A stretch of 64,000 bases of DNA. Source: Camelus dromedarius. Taxonomy: Eukaryota. Each line of letters starts with the position of its first letter. The stretch's first letter is position 1. Where the stretch lies: NCBI RefSeq assembly GCF_036321535.1, contig NC_087436.1, positions 4,278,001-4,342,000 of the forward strand. Reading direction: 5' to 3'. The notes under the pieces are model-generated. The model had not been told where the DNA came from. It was given only the letters and a program-made list of their open reading frames with translations, and did no database searches. A program made the position numbers and the translations under genes. Shown one piece after another: positions 13,033 to 25,615 of this stretch.

Positions 13033-14170
13033 CTATGACGAAGGAGGCAAAAATATACAATGGAGAAGAGACAGTCTCTTCAACAAATGGTGCTGGGAAA
13101 ACTGGACAGCTGCCTCTAGATCAATGAAGTTAGAATACCCCTTCACGCCCTACACAGAAATAAATTGAAAATGGCTTAAAGACAAACATGGAGACAAGAC
13201 ACTATACACCACTTGGAAGAAAACATAGGCAAAACATTACCCGACATACATCTCAGCAATGTTCTCCCAGGGCAGTCTACCCCAGCAATAGAAATAAAAG
13301 CACAAATAAACAAGTGGGACCTAAGTGAACTTATAAGCTTTTGCATAGTAAAGGAAACCATAAGCAAAACAAAATGACACCCTGTGGAATGGGAGAAAAT
13401 ATCTGTAAATGTTTGACTGACAAAGGCTTAATTTCCCAAATATATAAACAGCTCATAAAATTTAATAACAAAAAACAAACAACCAAATGGCAGAAGATCT
13501 AAACAAGCATTTCTCCAATGAATACTACAAATGCAAAATAGGCACTTGAAAAAACGCTCAGTATCACTAATTATCAAAAGAAATGGAAATCAAAACTACA
13601 AAACACCAGTCAGAATGCACATCACTCAAAAGTTCATGAATGATAAACGCTGGAGAGGGTGTGGAGGAAAGGGAACCCTCTTACCCCACTGGTGGGAAGG
13701 TAGTTTGGTGTAGCCATTATGGAAAACAGTAAGGAAATTCCTCAAAAAACTGAAAATAGATTACCCTACGATCCAGCAATCCCACTCTTGGACATATATC
13801 CACATGAAACTCTAATTCAAAGAGATACATGCACCCCAGTGTTCATAGCAGCACTATTTACAATAGTCAGGACATGGAAGCAACCATCCATCGACATATC
13901 AATGGGTAAAGAAAATGCTGTATACATACACAATGGAATATTACTCAGGCATAACATGGAATGAAATAATGCCATTTACAGCAACATAGATGGACCTAGA
14001 GATTATCATACTAAGTAAATTAACTCAAAGACAAATATCATATGATATCACTTATATCTGGAATCTAAAAGAATAACACAAATAAGCTCATTTGCAATAC
14101 AGAAAGAGACTCAGAGATGTAGAAAACAAACACGGTTATCGGGGAGAAGGCGGAGGGAGAGTTAAATTGG
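13033..14170 (+). mobile_element. LINE-1 late ORF2 and partial 3' UTR
   Basis: [24 protein letters not shown] in ORF track; YDPAIPLL motif. Confidence 0.95.
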
Positions 14171-14171
14171 C

Positions 14172-14639
14172 AGTTACACATAGGTGGTGTTACTAGACAC
14201 AAGATAGAAATCTTAGGCACAGTGTTCTGTCAGAGAAATATTCTTATGCTCAGAGAGTCATGCATCTGCTAAATATTTAATAGATTTGTAAAAAGCTGTT
14301 TTCTTAGGTTTCTTTAAGCTTGTCTATAACCACTGTTCTAAGACAAAATAGAGAATCCCTTTCACTATGCATGTAAAGTCTTCCTTCTGTGTCAGGGACA
14401 CATAAATACATATGGCTGTTGCTACTAGTTATGTGAAAGAAACTTTAAACTTTAGTCAGAGTGTTCCTGCACTCTGGAAAGGAAGTTACACTCAGTAAGT
14501 GAGGCAGGCAGTCAACTGATAAAAGGACGTGTAGAAGTAGTGTTTGCTAGGGAACTTAAGACATTTTTCTGCACCTTGTATTCTAACATTCCATAAATGA
14601 GGAAGCCTGCCCAGATGCATGTAAACCCTTGTTCCCATG

Positions 14640-14700
<61 letters not shown>

Positions 14701-17700
14701 GATAGATAGATAATCACACTTCTTAAACAATCTATAAAAGTAGTTTTAGACACAGTGTTTCTTTCAGTGACAGAAAGTTACACACAATAAGTGAGGCGAG
14801 GATTAAGTAGTGTAACAGACGTGTAGAGTTAGGTTTTCTCAGCTTACTTGGAAGCTGAGTCATATCAAAACCTTTTAACAGTGAATGGATGTAAAGGCCT
14901 TTCATAGTATGTATAAAAAGTCCCATTGAAATGTTGATTATGTATAGATGTTGTCTTGAGCCCCATGATAGAAATGGGAGACAGTGTTCTTTCAGAGCTA
15001 TATGGCTGTACAGAATGAATCATGCACCTGTAAATTAAGAAATCTCTGGACACTCCTTTCCAAGGCTTCTGTAAGCTTTGCTATACATGGTGTTCTAAGA
15101 AGCAGAGAATGAGAGCGTCCTTCTCTCTGCATGAAAAGTCTTGTTTCCACACTAGGTATATATAAAGAGATACAGATGTATAGCTGCTGTAACTAACCAT
15201 ATGAAAGAACATTTAGGCACAAAGTTCTTTCAGGGAGAAGCTGTACCCAGTAAGTGATGCATGTAGTTTTAACAGTGAATGGAGATGAAAGTCTTCCTGT
15301 GTGAACGTAAAACAACAAGATAGACAGAAAACTTAGACACAACGTTCTTTTGGAGAAACACTGTTACACATAGTCATCCCCGCGGTGAATCACTTAACAT
15401 TATTTATAGAATCTGATTTTACAGACATCTCCAAGCTTTGCCATATGCAGTGTTCTTACGGACAATAGGTGTGAGCTCCATCACTCTGCATGCGAGGTCT
15501 GTCTTTCATGCTACATAGACAGGCACACCTGTTGTAACTAACTGTAGGAAAGAAATTTTAGGTGCAGTGTTCTTGTAGTGAATGAATCAAATAACCAGCG
15601 AGTGATACACACAGTCGAGTGAGTGAAGGACCGGTGGCTGTAGGTCTTCTCCTGCTACATAGAGGCTATGCTACATCCAGGTTGTTAAGCAGCCTTGGAT
15701 GACAAAGCCCTTCATCTGCATGTAAAAAACTGTACCTGGATTAGATATGTGGCCTTAGTGGGACTTTACAGAACAAGTCTGGACATGGCGTTCCTTCAGC
15801 AGAGCTAGTGTCAGTGAGTGATGCTGGTAGTGACGTGTTTGGCAGACTTGTCCAACTACTGCTTCTCGGGTTTCCTGGAAGCTGAGTCAGAGCCAGGTTT
15901 TAACGGTGAAGATATGCAAGAGCCTCTCAGGAAAGTCTTGCTTGAATGTACCTTATACACACATGCTGTCACTAGCTACGCAGTAAAAGTACAGGCACAG
16001 TGTCCTTTCAGAGAGACGCTGTTGTATCCAGAGTGTCTCGCATGCAGTGAGTATTTAAACAGATTTATAGAAGCTGTTTTCCTGGGTTTCTTCACACTGC
16101 TATTCTGTGTTCTAACAAAAAATAGGTGAGAGCACCTTCCAACCTGCATCTAAAATCTTACTCCCATATTAGATACAAATAGCTGTCCTTAGTGTCTCCA
16201 TGACACAGACCTTAGGCAGAGTTTTCTTTCAGTGGAAGGAAGTTTGCCCAGTGAGTGAAGCATGAGGTGAGTGAATAAAGGGCCTGTGGCAGCATTTCTT
16301 TCCTTGCTACGCAGGCGCGTCCCGCTGCCCAGGGCTCTAACAGCCCTGACATGAGCAAGCCTTTCCATTGCGTGTAAAGCCGTGCTATCACATTCAGTGT
16401 AAGTACAGAGTTGCTAATAGTCCATGAATGTAGGTTTAGACAGTCTCCTTTTGGTGAAAAAAAGGACAAAAATGTGCAGGCTGACAGCGAGTGGTTCAAC
16501 AGGCCTGTGGGATCACTGATGCCCACGCTGCCTGGGCGCTGGCTCACGCCTAGAACTCTGCCCCTGGGTGGGCGGCAGGGACGGTCTGCGTCCATGTAAA
16601 CTCCTGCTCCCGTGTTCCTTATACTTAGAGGTTCTTACCTCCTGGCTTGCAAAAATCCTAGGCACAGAGTCCTTCCAGAGAACTACTGTTAACTCCAGAG
16701 TCATGAGGTAGTGAATCTTTTAAGATTTAAATGCTATTTTCTCAGGTTTCTTTAAGCTTCCCCGTAGCCAGGGTCCTAAAAGGAAGTAGACGAGGGGCCT
16801 TTCAGCCTGTATGGGGACGCGTGTAGTTTTTCATATTTATACACAGATGTGTGCAAACTAACAAGCTTGTGTATATCTAATAAGGGAACGAGCTTTTACA
16901 CATACATGAGGAAGTTTCTCACTTGGGGGCTGGCTGAGCACAGCGAAGAGGTTTCTCTGTAGCAGGCAGAGCTCTGCTGCTCAAGGTCCTCTGTTCAGTT
17001 GAGCGTGTACATCACTCACTGGGTATAAGCTCCATTCACTGGAAGAGCACGGAGCCTACCATTTCCTTCATAGCGCTGCTAACAGCTGTCTGTCTGTAAC
17101 ACGGAATCAGGACCTTACGTGCAGGGTGAAAGGAGCATTCATCTCTTGCCAGTAAGAAAATGGTTTATACCAAAGCTTGAAGAAGTATCAGAAATAAGCT
17201 TCTGTGAATCTGTTAAATGACTTACTACGTGCATGACTCTCTGTGTATAAAAATGTTTCTCAGAAAGAACAATGTGCCAGTGGTTTCTCTCCTGTGTCTA
17301 GTAACAGAATCTCTCTATATGAAATATGGGAATAAAACATTCAGGCACTTGGAAAGCTTTCACATACCTTCCCTCTTAAAACCAAGGTGTGAATCATCTT
17401 TCAGGTGGCCTTGGAAACTCGTTCTGCGGGTCTGATGCAGCGTTCACTGCCAGCTTCACTCACTGCGGGTACTTCCTGCCACTGAAAAGTCACAAAGTCA
17501 ACACCCTCTTGCAGAGTAATAACAAGCGCAATGCATAACTAATAATGCAACAAGCTGCTACATGCCGGTGAGAGGGATTTGTTGTCCATGAGCTGTTAGA
17601 ACACTGGGTGCAGGGCAGCTTCTAAGTAGCAAGAAAAGCGCTACTTACAGGTTCTTTATTCAACTGACTACACGCACCACCCTCTGGGAATAACTTGCGC

Positions 17701-19988
17701 TCACTGGGAGAAATCTCTCCTAAAATGTCTTTCACACAGCTAGTAAAAACAGCTACAAACGTGTAATATGGAAGCCAGATTCCCCATACAGGCTGAACGG
17801 TTGCCTCCTCTACTTCCGTTCAGGACACTGGCTGTAGGGAAGTAAAGGAACTTGAGAAAACAGCATTTAAATCTGTTAAAAGATTCGCTACCTGATGACT
17901 CTCTGGATTTAACAATAGTTCTCTGGAAGGACTCTGTGCCTAAGATTCCTACAAGCCAGCATGTAGGAGCCTCCAGCTGGACGCTGAGTCATACTGAGAG
18001 TGGTAACAGTGCATGGGTGCTGAAGCCTTTCTGACTGCGTGTCACACGGTTTCCACATTCTCTGTGTGTGCAAGTTCTTAGCAGCTACGTGGAGGGCATC
18101 GTGAACTCAGAGTTCTTTCACAGAAATGCTGTTATGCCCAGAGAGTCGTACATATATTGAATCTCTTAACAGGTTTCTAGAAACTGTTTTCTCAAGTTTC
18201 TTCAAGCTTCACTATACCCAGGAAACATGTGAGATCCTTTCACTCTGTGTAAATTTTGCTTCCACATTAGAGTTTCAGAGCTCTTGTTCCTAGCTATATG
18301 AAAGGAACTTCAGACGCGCGTTCTTTCAGTGAACTGACATTATGCCCGATGAGAGGTGCATGATGCCAACTGCCTAAGGACCTGGATCAGCACTGCCTCT
18401 CCTGCTCCTCAGAAGCTTCCCTGTACCCCATGTCTGAGAGCCCACAGGTGAGAAAGTCTTCCCCTAGTGGAAATTCTTGCCCCCATATTAGGTATATACG
18501 GACTTGGTTAAAACTAAACTAAAGACATTTTAGACATAGTGCTCTTTTAGGAGAAAAAAGGCACCTACGGTGTGAGGCTCGTGGGGAACTGTTGAACAGA
18601 CCTGCCAAAGTGCTGTTCCTCAGGCCACTTGGATGCTGAGTCACATCGAGACGTTTAACACTGAATGGATGAGAAAGACTTTCCAAGTCCTCTCCCCATG
18701 TTCCCAACATACAGATGTTCTTACTGACTACGCGGTAGGAATCTGAAGCTCAGAGTTCTTTCACAGAAACGTTGGTAGATTCAGAGTCATGCATGTAGTA
18801 AAAAATTTAACTATTTTCTCAGGTTTCTTCAAGCTTTGTTATACCCAGTGTTCTGACAGGAAATACAAAGGACATTTTTTCACTTTGCATGCAAAGTCTT
18901 CTGTGTTGGAAGCTGTTGTCACCACCTATAGGAGAGAAATTGTAGACATAATGTTCTTACAATGAAGAAAGTCATGCTCAGTGAGGGATGTATGTAGTCC
19001 AGTGAATACGGGCCCTGTAATCTTTCTCTAATCAGAAGCTTAGTTACAGCTTGTGTTCTAAAGGCCATGGGTGAGAAAGCCTTTTTTCTGCACGTAAAAA
19101 TTTGTTCCTGTATCACACACATATAGACTTACTAGTACTCTATGGAAGAAAGTTTAGACGATTCTGTCAGTCACAAAAAGTTAGACTGTGAATGAAGCTA
19201 GCAGTGCATAGATTAACAGCCCTGGAAGGTTCATTTTCTCTGGCTGCTTGGGTGCTTAGCCATACCTGATGTTTTATCAGTGAATGGATGGGAAAGCCTT
19301 TTCCAGGGCATGTAAAATCCTGTTCCTAGATTTTCAATATTTAGATGTTCTTGCTGGCTACATAATAGAAATCTCAAGCTCAGAGTTTTTTTCACAGAAA
19401 TATTGTTATTTCCAGAGTTTAAAGCATGGACTAAATCATTTAACAGGTGGAAAGAAGCTGTATTCTCAGAATTCTGAAAGGTTCCCTTGTCTACCTCACC
19501 ATGCCCAGTGCCCTTACGGGGAACAGATGAGACCGCCTTCCGCACGGCTTCGAAGCCTTGCTTTCATGGTGAGCAGAGTGCTGCTGTCACCAGCTGGGAC
19601 GCAGGACCTCTTAGGCACAGTGTCTTTCAGGGGAAGCGTTGCACCCAGTGAGTGACGCACACAGCTAACTGAATGGAAGACCTGAGGCAGCAGAGCTCTT
19701 GCTAATGAGACGTTGTTACAACCAATGATTTCACAGCCAATAAATGACAAAGCCAATCCCTCCTCATTTAAAAGAATGTCCCCACATTAGATATATGGAG
19801 ACTTTTGAATAGCACTAGGAAAGAATGTTTAGACACTGTTCTTTCCTTGAAAAAAGTGACATGCAGTGAGTGAAGCTTGTGGTGAGTAGTGCAAGAGACG
19901 TGTAGAACTGCTGATTCCCAGGCTACTTGGATGCTGGATCACAGCCAGTGTTTTAAGAGTGAATGTTTAGCAAATGCTTTCCTAGTGC
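14172..19988. repeat. Diverged tandem satellite, ~220-bp monomer with three alternating types (A-B-C, ~650-670 bp)
   Basis: Anchor AG(G/A)CACAGTGTTCTTTCAG recurs at ~14216, 14456, 14748, 14978, 15216, 15335, 15561, 15781, 15994, 16215, 16438, 16661, 18106, 18312, 18532, 18748, 18944, 19155, 19378, 19614 and 19830. Confidence 0.9.
14641..14711. repeat. (GATA)n microsatellite within the satellite
   Basis: Directly visible. Confidence 0.98.
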
Positions 19989-20504
19989 TGTAATAGAGAA
20001 CAAATCTGACTCTACATTGGATCCGTTCCTTTAATTTTAACCAGTGTGCCTGCCCTGCTTTCCAGGTTTAGTCTTCCCAGCTCTGGACATTTTGTGAAAC
20101 AATGTTGCCTTTAGCCTGAAGTCTACAGGAGAGCCTATTCTCGGGGCTCTGACCTTTAAGGACGGTAGCTCTTCTGCACTTACATTGAGAGAGCAAGTTG
20201 CAAACCTCAGAATAAGCTTTGTTTTGTTGGAGGTTTTACAAGGACAGCATGACCTGACCCACATGGATGGCTGAAAGAACAAAGAATGCCTGCAGCAAGA
20301 AGTTTGCAACAACCAACCACACCCTCTCCCCTGTTTTGTTTTGTGAATAACATGAGCCTGTATTCTGACTGGAGCAGGATGGCTATCCAAGACATTAGTC
20401 TGTCATCCTCTGGGTCTGCCGGCCTTTGCAAATAAACTCACTATTCCTTGCCCAAACACCTCGGCTGTCGTGCGGCGAGCAGAACGAGTTCCGATTGGGT
20501 AACT
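19989..20504 (+). mobile_element. ERV1-type LTR
   Basis: Starts TGTAATAGAG; AATAAA at ~20431; ends GGGTAAC(T); no internal ERV1 sequence follows. Confidence 0.75.
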
Positions 20505-20529
20505 CTCCCCTGTTTGTCGCAGCATCAAC

Positions 20530-21200
20530 AAAGCTGATGCCAGTGGAGTCCCTTCTATCCTGAAAGGGGCAGCAGTTAATTCTGATGGGAATAGACACTT
20601 TACAGATACGAGTCTGCCCACAGGACCTCAGCCAGCATCTCTAAACAATGTTGAAACCACCAATACAGGGTCGCACATGGTATCACCTCAGACCAAGGGA
20701 CCCACTTTATGTCAAAAAGAGCAGGAGTGGGCAACACGGCCAGGGGACCCACTGGGTCTGATCACATGATCAGGCACCAAGCAGCTGTTAGGACCACACC
20801 TCCACCAGTGATCCAGTGTCAGCCCAGGACGAGCTGCCCTCCCCAAGGAAGCTGTGTGTATTCACGTCAGTCACATGTATGCAGTGCTCCATCACCGACA
20901 GAACTCAGGACAGAGGAGCAGAAAGGTGAAAGGAGGCCCTACCCTGACCGAGCGACCCACGTGAGGCCCTGGTGCTTCCTGTCCCTGCAGCCTCCGCTTC
21001 CCACCCTGGTTGAAAAAGGTGAGAACACTTCTACCAGGGCACATGGCACTCCAGCTGCTATCCGAGCCCTCTGGGATCTGCAGGTCAGCACCTGGACGGG
21101 GATGACTCACCGCGAGGCCTGGGAGGAGGGAGACTCGGTGTCGACAGGGAGGGCAGGGAAGGGTGCGGTCTCGGGTTCTGCGTGGCCTTCTCTTGCTGCT
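20530..21200 (+). mobile_element. Decayed ERV-L/MaLR-type internal fragment (integrase region and downstream)
   Basis: GGGGCAGCAG..GGAATAGACAC (GIDT) and TCAGACCAAGGGACCCACTTT (SDQGTHF) integrase motifs. Confidence 0.7.
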
Positions 21201-22138
21201 CTCCGGCCCTGTGTTGGTTGCGTGGAAAAGTACAGCAGGCAAGACCCAAAAAGGGGATGCTGACCTCTCTGGGATGAAGGTCAGGGTCATACATCCAGGC
21301 AAGACACTGAGACCAGCGGAGGCGCCAAATGATGGTTAGGGGAACCTACAAAAGACAGAACAGGAGGGGACAATGAGTCCTTAGACAGATAAACCATTGT
21401 AAGTTTATCCCAGGAAGTGAGACCCCCCGGGGCGCTGGAGTTGCTCCCAGCGCACACCAGAGAAGTAGATCTGAACGGAGCCTCCAGGACCACCCTCCAG
21501 GATCCCAGAGCACATCCCTCGGCTGCAGGCAGCACAGGTACCAGGAAGCAGCTCTGAGGCCAGTCAGAAGGATCACCTCCTCTGAGGATGGTGGCTCCGC
21601 CCAGGGTCCTGCCCCCTTCAGGAGCAGCCCCACCTCCAGCGACAGATGGATGCAGGGGCTTTGGGCTCAGCCCTACTGCCCCAACTTAGGACAATTCTGG
21701 AGGGCCCTTCCAGCCCGAGAGCTTTGTCCCTTCCCGCACCGCTGCAGCTCAGACGCGACCCTGGGACCCACTGCAATACATGGGAGGCAAGAGGGCCCAA
21801 GGCTCCCAACAGCCACTCTCAGCTCAGTTCCACCAGAGGTGACTAGTTTCTACAGCCCTGTCACCTAATTACATTCAGAAAAGGGGAGGGGGAAATCTAA
21901 ACTTGACATAGCTTGGCTTTTTCACTCCTCATTTCATGGCAGGAGGTTATAGAGCCAAAGGTTTGTAAGAACCATCCTGGTGTCAGATGAACATGACAAC
22001 ATTGATGGGGAACACACAGCTGCTGCCTTGAAGCCCCCTTTTGTGAGAGAGAAGAAACGACAGTGTGAGTTCCCTTTAGCTCTGAGAATGAGATGTTAAC
22101 TGGTCCTGCTGTGGAAAATTCATTCAGAAACTAGTCAG

Positions 22139-22270
22139 CTTTCTTGTTTCAGGGAGGGGGGGAAGGTAATTACGTTTGTCTATCTATTTTTAATGGTGGG
22201 ACTGGGGATTGAACCCAGCACATCGTGCATGCTAAGCACATGCTCTGCCACTGAGCTCTACCGTCCCCCC
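22139..22270 (-). mobile_element. tRNA-Ala-derived SINE (vic-1 type)
   Basis: Reverse complement of AGCTCAGTGGCAGAGCATGTGCTTAGCATGCACG..GGGTTCAATCCCCAGT; duplication GAAACTAGTCAG at 22127-22138 and 22274-22285. Confidence 0.92.
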
Positions 22271-22869
22271 TAGGAAACTAGTCAGAAGTAGAAAGGGCCA
22301 AGAATAGCCAAGACAATGTTTGCAGAAGGAAAACAAGAAACAGAGCTTTTCCTACTAGACAGCAACACCTTTTTAAAGGTGCAGTAGTAATTAAGGCAGC
22401 GCGGTTCCGATGTGAGAAGAAACAGACCAACGAATGGAAGAACCGTAAGGTGGACTCATACACACGTGGAGACGATTTACAGCAGGGGTGGTGCTTCGGG
22501 GAAGGGGGCAGAGGGCGGTCCTGTGAATAAAGGATGCCAGGGCCACTGAATACAGACCACTTAAAAAAGAAATGGAAACAAATGTGATGCTTCCTCATAC
22601 AAAAGTCAACTGCTGAGAGGGGGCAAGGAAGCAGCTGTGGTTATGAAGAAGGCAACATCGAGGATCTGACTGTGACGGTGGACACACAGACCTACATAGG
22701 TGAGAAAATTGTGTAGACCCTAATTCACACACACACACAAATGAGTGCAAATGAAACTAGGGAAGAAAGCCCGTGTCAATGTCCTGGTTGTGAAGGTTTA
22801 CAACATTTCCTCAAAATGTCACCATTATGTGAAGCTGGGAAAAGTGTAAAGAATCTTTCTGGATTTTTA

Positions 22870-23012
22870 TTATTATATTTTTATTTATTACTTTATTTGG
22901 GGGGAGGTAATTGCATTTTTATTTATTGATTTTTAATGGTGGTACTAAGGATTGAACCCAGGACCTTGTGCTTGCTAGGCACACATTCTTCCACGGAGTT
23001 ATCCCCTCCCCC
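22870..23012 (-). mobile_element. tRNA-Ala-derived SINE
   Basis: GGATTGAACCCAGG B-box and T-rich tail with GGGGGAGGTAATT. Confidence 0.9.
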
Positions 23013-23084
23013 TCTGGACTATCTCTTAAAACTGCATGGGAATCTGCAATTAACTCAATACAATTTTCTATTAAATTCAAGGTA

Positions 23085-23534
23085 CAGGCAGACCTCAGAA
23101 ATACTGCAAGTTCAGTTCCAGACCATGTGGTAAAGCAAATGTTGCAATACAGCAAGTCACACAAAGTTTTGGCTTCCCAGTGCATGTAAAAGGGACCCCT
23201 ATACTTCACTGTAGTCTATAGATGTGAAAGAGAGTTGTCTAAAAAAACAACATGCACACCTTAATTTAACAGTATGTTTGGTGGGAAGAGGGCAGAGCTC
23301 AGTGGTAGAGCTCGTGCTTAGCATGCACGGGGCCTGGGTTCCATCCCAAGTCCCTCCATAAACAAACAAACAAACAAACCTAATCCCCCCCCAAAATAAA
23401 TAAAAATATTTTCTTGCTAAAAACTGCTGACCATCACCTGACAAGGCAGGATTACCACAAATCTGTAATTTGTAAACTAACACAGTGTGTTCAAAGTAAA
23501 ATAAAGCAAAGCACAGTAAAACACCGTACACCTG
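23085..23534 (-). mobile_element. Internally deleted Tigger1-type DNA transposon with a nested SINE
   Basis: TA-CAGGCAGACCTC ... GTACACCTG-TA termini; GTTCAGTTCCAGACCA and AAAGCAAAGCACAGTAAAAC subterminal motifs. Confidence 0.8.
23283..23405 (+). mobile_element. tRNA-Ala-derived SINE
   Basis: AGCTCAGTGGTAGAGC..GCTTAGCATGCAC..GGGTTCCATCCC; A-rich tail. Confidence 0.92.
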
Positions 23535-23588
23535 TAAGTTAAATTTTAAATGCAAAAGGCAAAACTACATGCGTGTGCCCCGGGAGAC

Positions 23589-23940
23589 TGCTACAGACTG
23601 AGCTGTATCCCTTCCCAAAGTTCCTTTGTAGAAGCCCCACCCCCAGTGGGGTTGTACCTGGAGAGGGGGCCAAATTAAGGTTAAGCAAAGTCCTCAGGGT
23701 AGAGCCTTAATCTGATAGGACTGGTGTCCTTCTAGGATGAGACACCAGAACCGCTCTCTTCCCCACCCCTCCACTCCTCCTCCTCAGCTCATCCAAGGCC
23801 ATTTGGACCCAGAGAGAAGGCAGCCATCTGCAGACCAAGGACAGAGGTCACTCCAGAAACCACCCACAGTGGCACCCTGGAACTTGAACTTCTAATCTCC
23901 AGGACCGTGAGAAAATAAACATGTTATTCTGTTATTGTAT
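23589..23940 (+). mobile_element. MaLR LTR (MLT1A/B-like)
   Basis: AATTAAGGTTAAG, CTGATAGGACTGGTGTCCTT, AGAAGGCAGCCATCTGCA, GTGAGAAAATAAA. Confidence 0.8.
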
Positions 23941-24929
23941 CCTGAGCTGATAAATACCCTGAGCTGATAAATACAGAAACATACACAAGACTGTTCAGTG
24001 TCATATTCATTACACTAGCCCAAACTGGAGAAAACCCAAAAGCCCATCAATTTCAGGATGGATAAATGATTAGTGATATAAATGTATATATACGAACATA
24101 AATACAGTGAAAGACTACACAACAAGGAACACAGGACTATAAACCAACTATACTTCAATTAAAAATAAAAAAATAAAGGAAAAAAAAGACTACACAACAA
24201 GGAGATAAATGAAACACAACTACAGGCAATAAAATGGATCAATTTCATAAACCATGCTGAATAAAGTGATGGACACAACATCATCCAATATGTATTTTTC
24301 TACTTTTTCAGAAATAAAGTAAAACTTACATATAATGTGCAGGAGCGAATGCTTAGATGATAAAGCTAGAAACAGAAACAAGGAAGTGATTACTATAAAA
24401 GATATTAGCATTTCTCCAACTGGTTTTAATAAACTGTTACAATGTATTTGGTATTCACTACAATGATAAAAGGGCACATGGCGTGGGACCCTGGACTCCA
24501 GTCCCAGCTGCCTGTGTGACCGTGAGCAAGTTGCTTCGTTTCTCCATGTCTGAATTTCAAGGCTGTAATCAGGGGATCTATCTCATGGGGACATTTTGAA
24601 TATTGATAATATCATATATCTAAAGCTGAACAGGACCTGGTACTTAAGCTCGCAGATGTTAGCAAATATATTTTTTAAATGTTCTAGCCACTTTTAGCAT
24701 TTAAGAGAATCTATCAGATTTGTGATTTAGTTAAATTGTACAAGTTTCATTCAATATATACATTCATTTAAAAATTGGAGCAAATTACACTTGTAAAAGT
24801 GTAAGTTTTGGTTTATCAGGTGTGAGAGCAGTATACAAGTATTTAACGTTTCTTCCTTAGAGAAATGTTGATTAATAGTCACAGATTAAGTAATCAGAGT
24901 TCAAGGAAGGTGTAAATAAGAGTATTCTT

Positions 24930-25615
24930 GGCAGTTTGGTACAGCCATTATGGAAAACAGTAGGGCAATTGCTAAAAAAGCTAAATATATACTTACCATT
25001 TGATAAAGCAATCCCACTCCTGGGCGTTTTACCCAGAGGGAACCATAATTTGAAAAGATACATGAACCCCAACGTTCATAGCAGCACTATTTACAATAGT
25101 CAAACATGGAAGCAATCTAAATGTCCATCAACAGGTGACTGGATAAAGAAGTTGTGGTATATATACAATGGAATACTACTCAGCCATAAAAAATAAAATG
25201 CCTGCAGCAACTTGGATGGACCTGGAGATCTTCATTCTAAGTGAAGTCAGAAAGAGAAAGAAAAATGCCATATTTTATCACTTATGTATTTAGTCTTTAA
25301 GGAAAGACAAATGAAGTTACTTACAAAACAGAAAGACTCACAGACATGGAAAATAAGCTTATGGTTACTGAGGGGAAAGGGGGTGGGAAGGGATAAATTC
25401 GGAGTTTGAGATTTACAGTTACTGCTACCATATATAAAATAGCGAAGGTCCTACTATATAGCACAGGGAACTGTATTTAATATCTTGTAGTAAACTATAA
25501 TAAAAAGAATATGAAAAAGAATATATGTATGTATGTATGTGTATGACTGAAACATTACACTGTACACAAGAAATTGACACCACATTGTAAATTGACTATA
25601 CTTCAATTAAAAAAG
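24930..25615 (+). mobile_element. LINE-1 3' end
   Basis: GCAATCCCACTCCTGGG, ACAATGGAATACTACTCAGCC, TATACTTCAATTAAAAA tail. Confidence 0.93.

Noticed and set aside
14172..19988. Satellite as a CRISPR array, zinc-finger array or primate alpha satellite
   Set aside because: No identical repeats with unique spacers, no 84-bp C2H2 period, and the monomer is ~220 bp rather than 171 bp
23941..23974. 17-bp tandem duplication CCTGAGCTGATAAATAC
   Set aside because: Simple local duplication at an LTR end with no further structure
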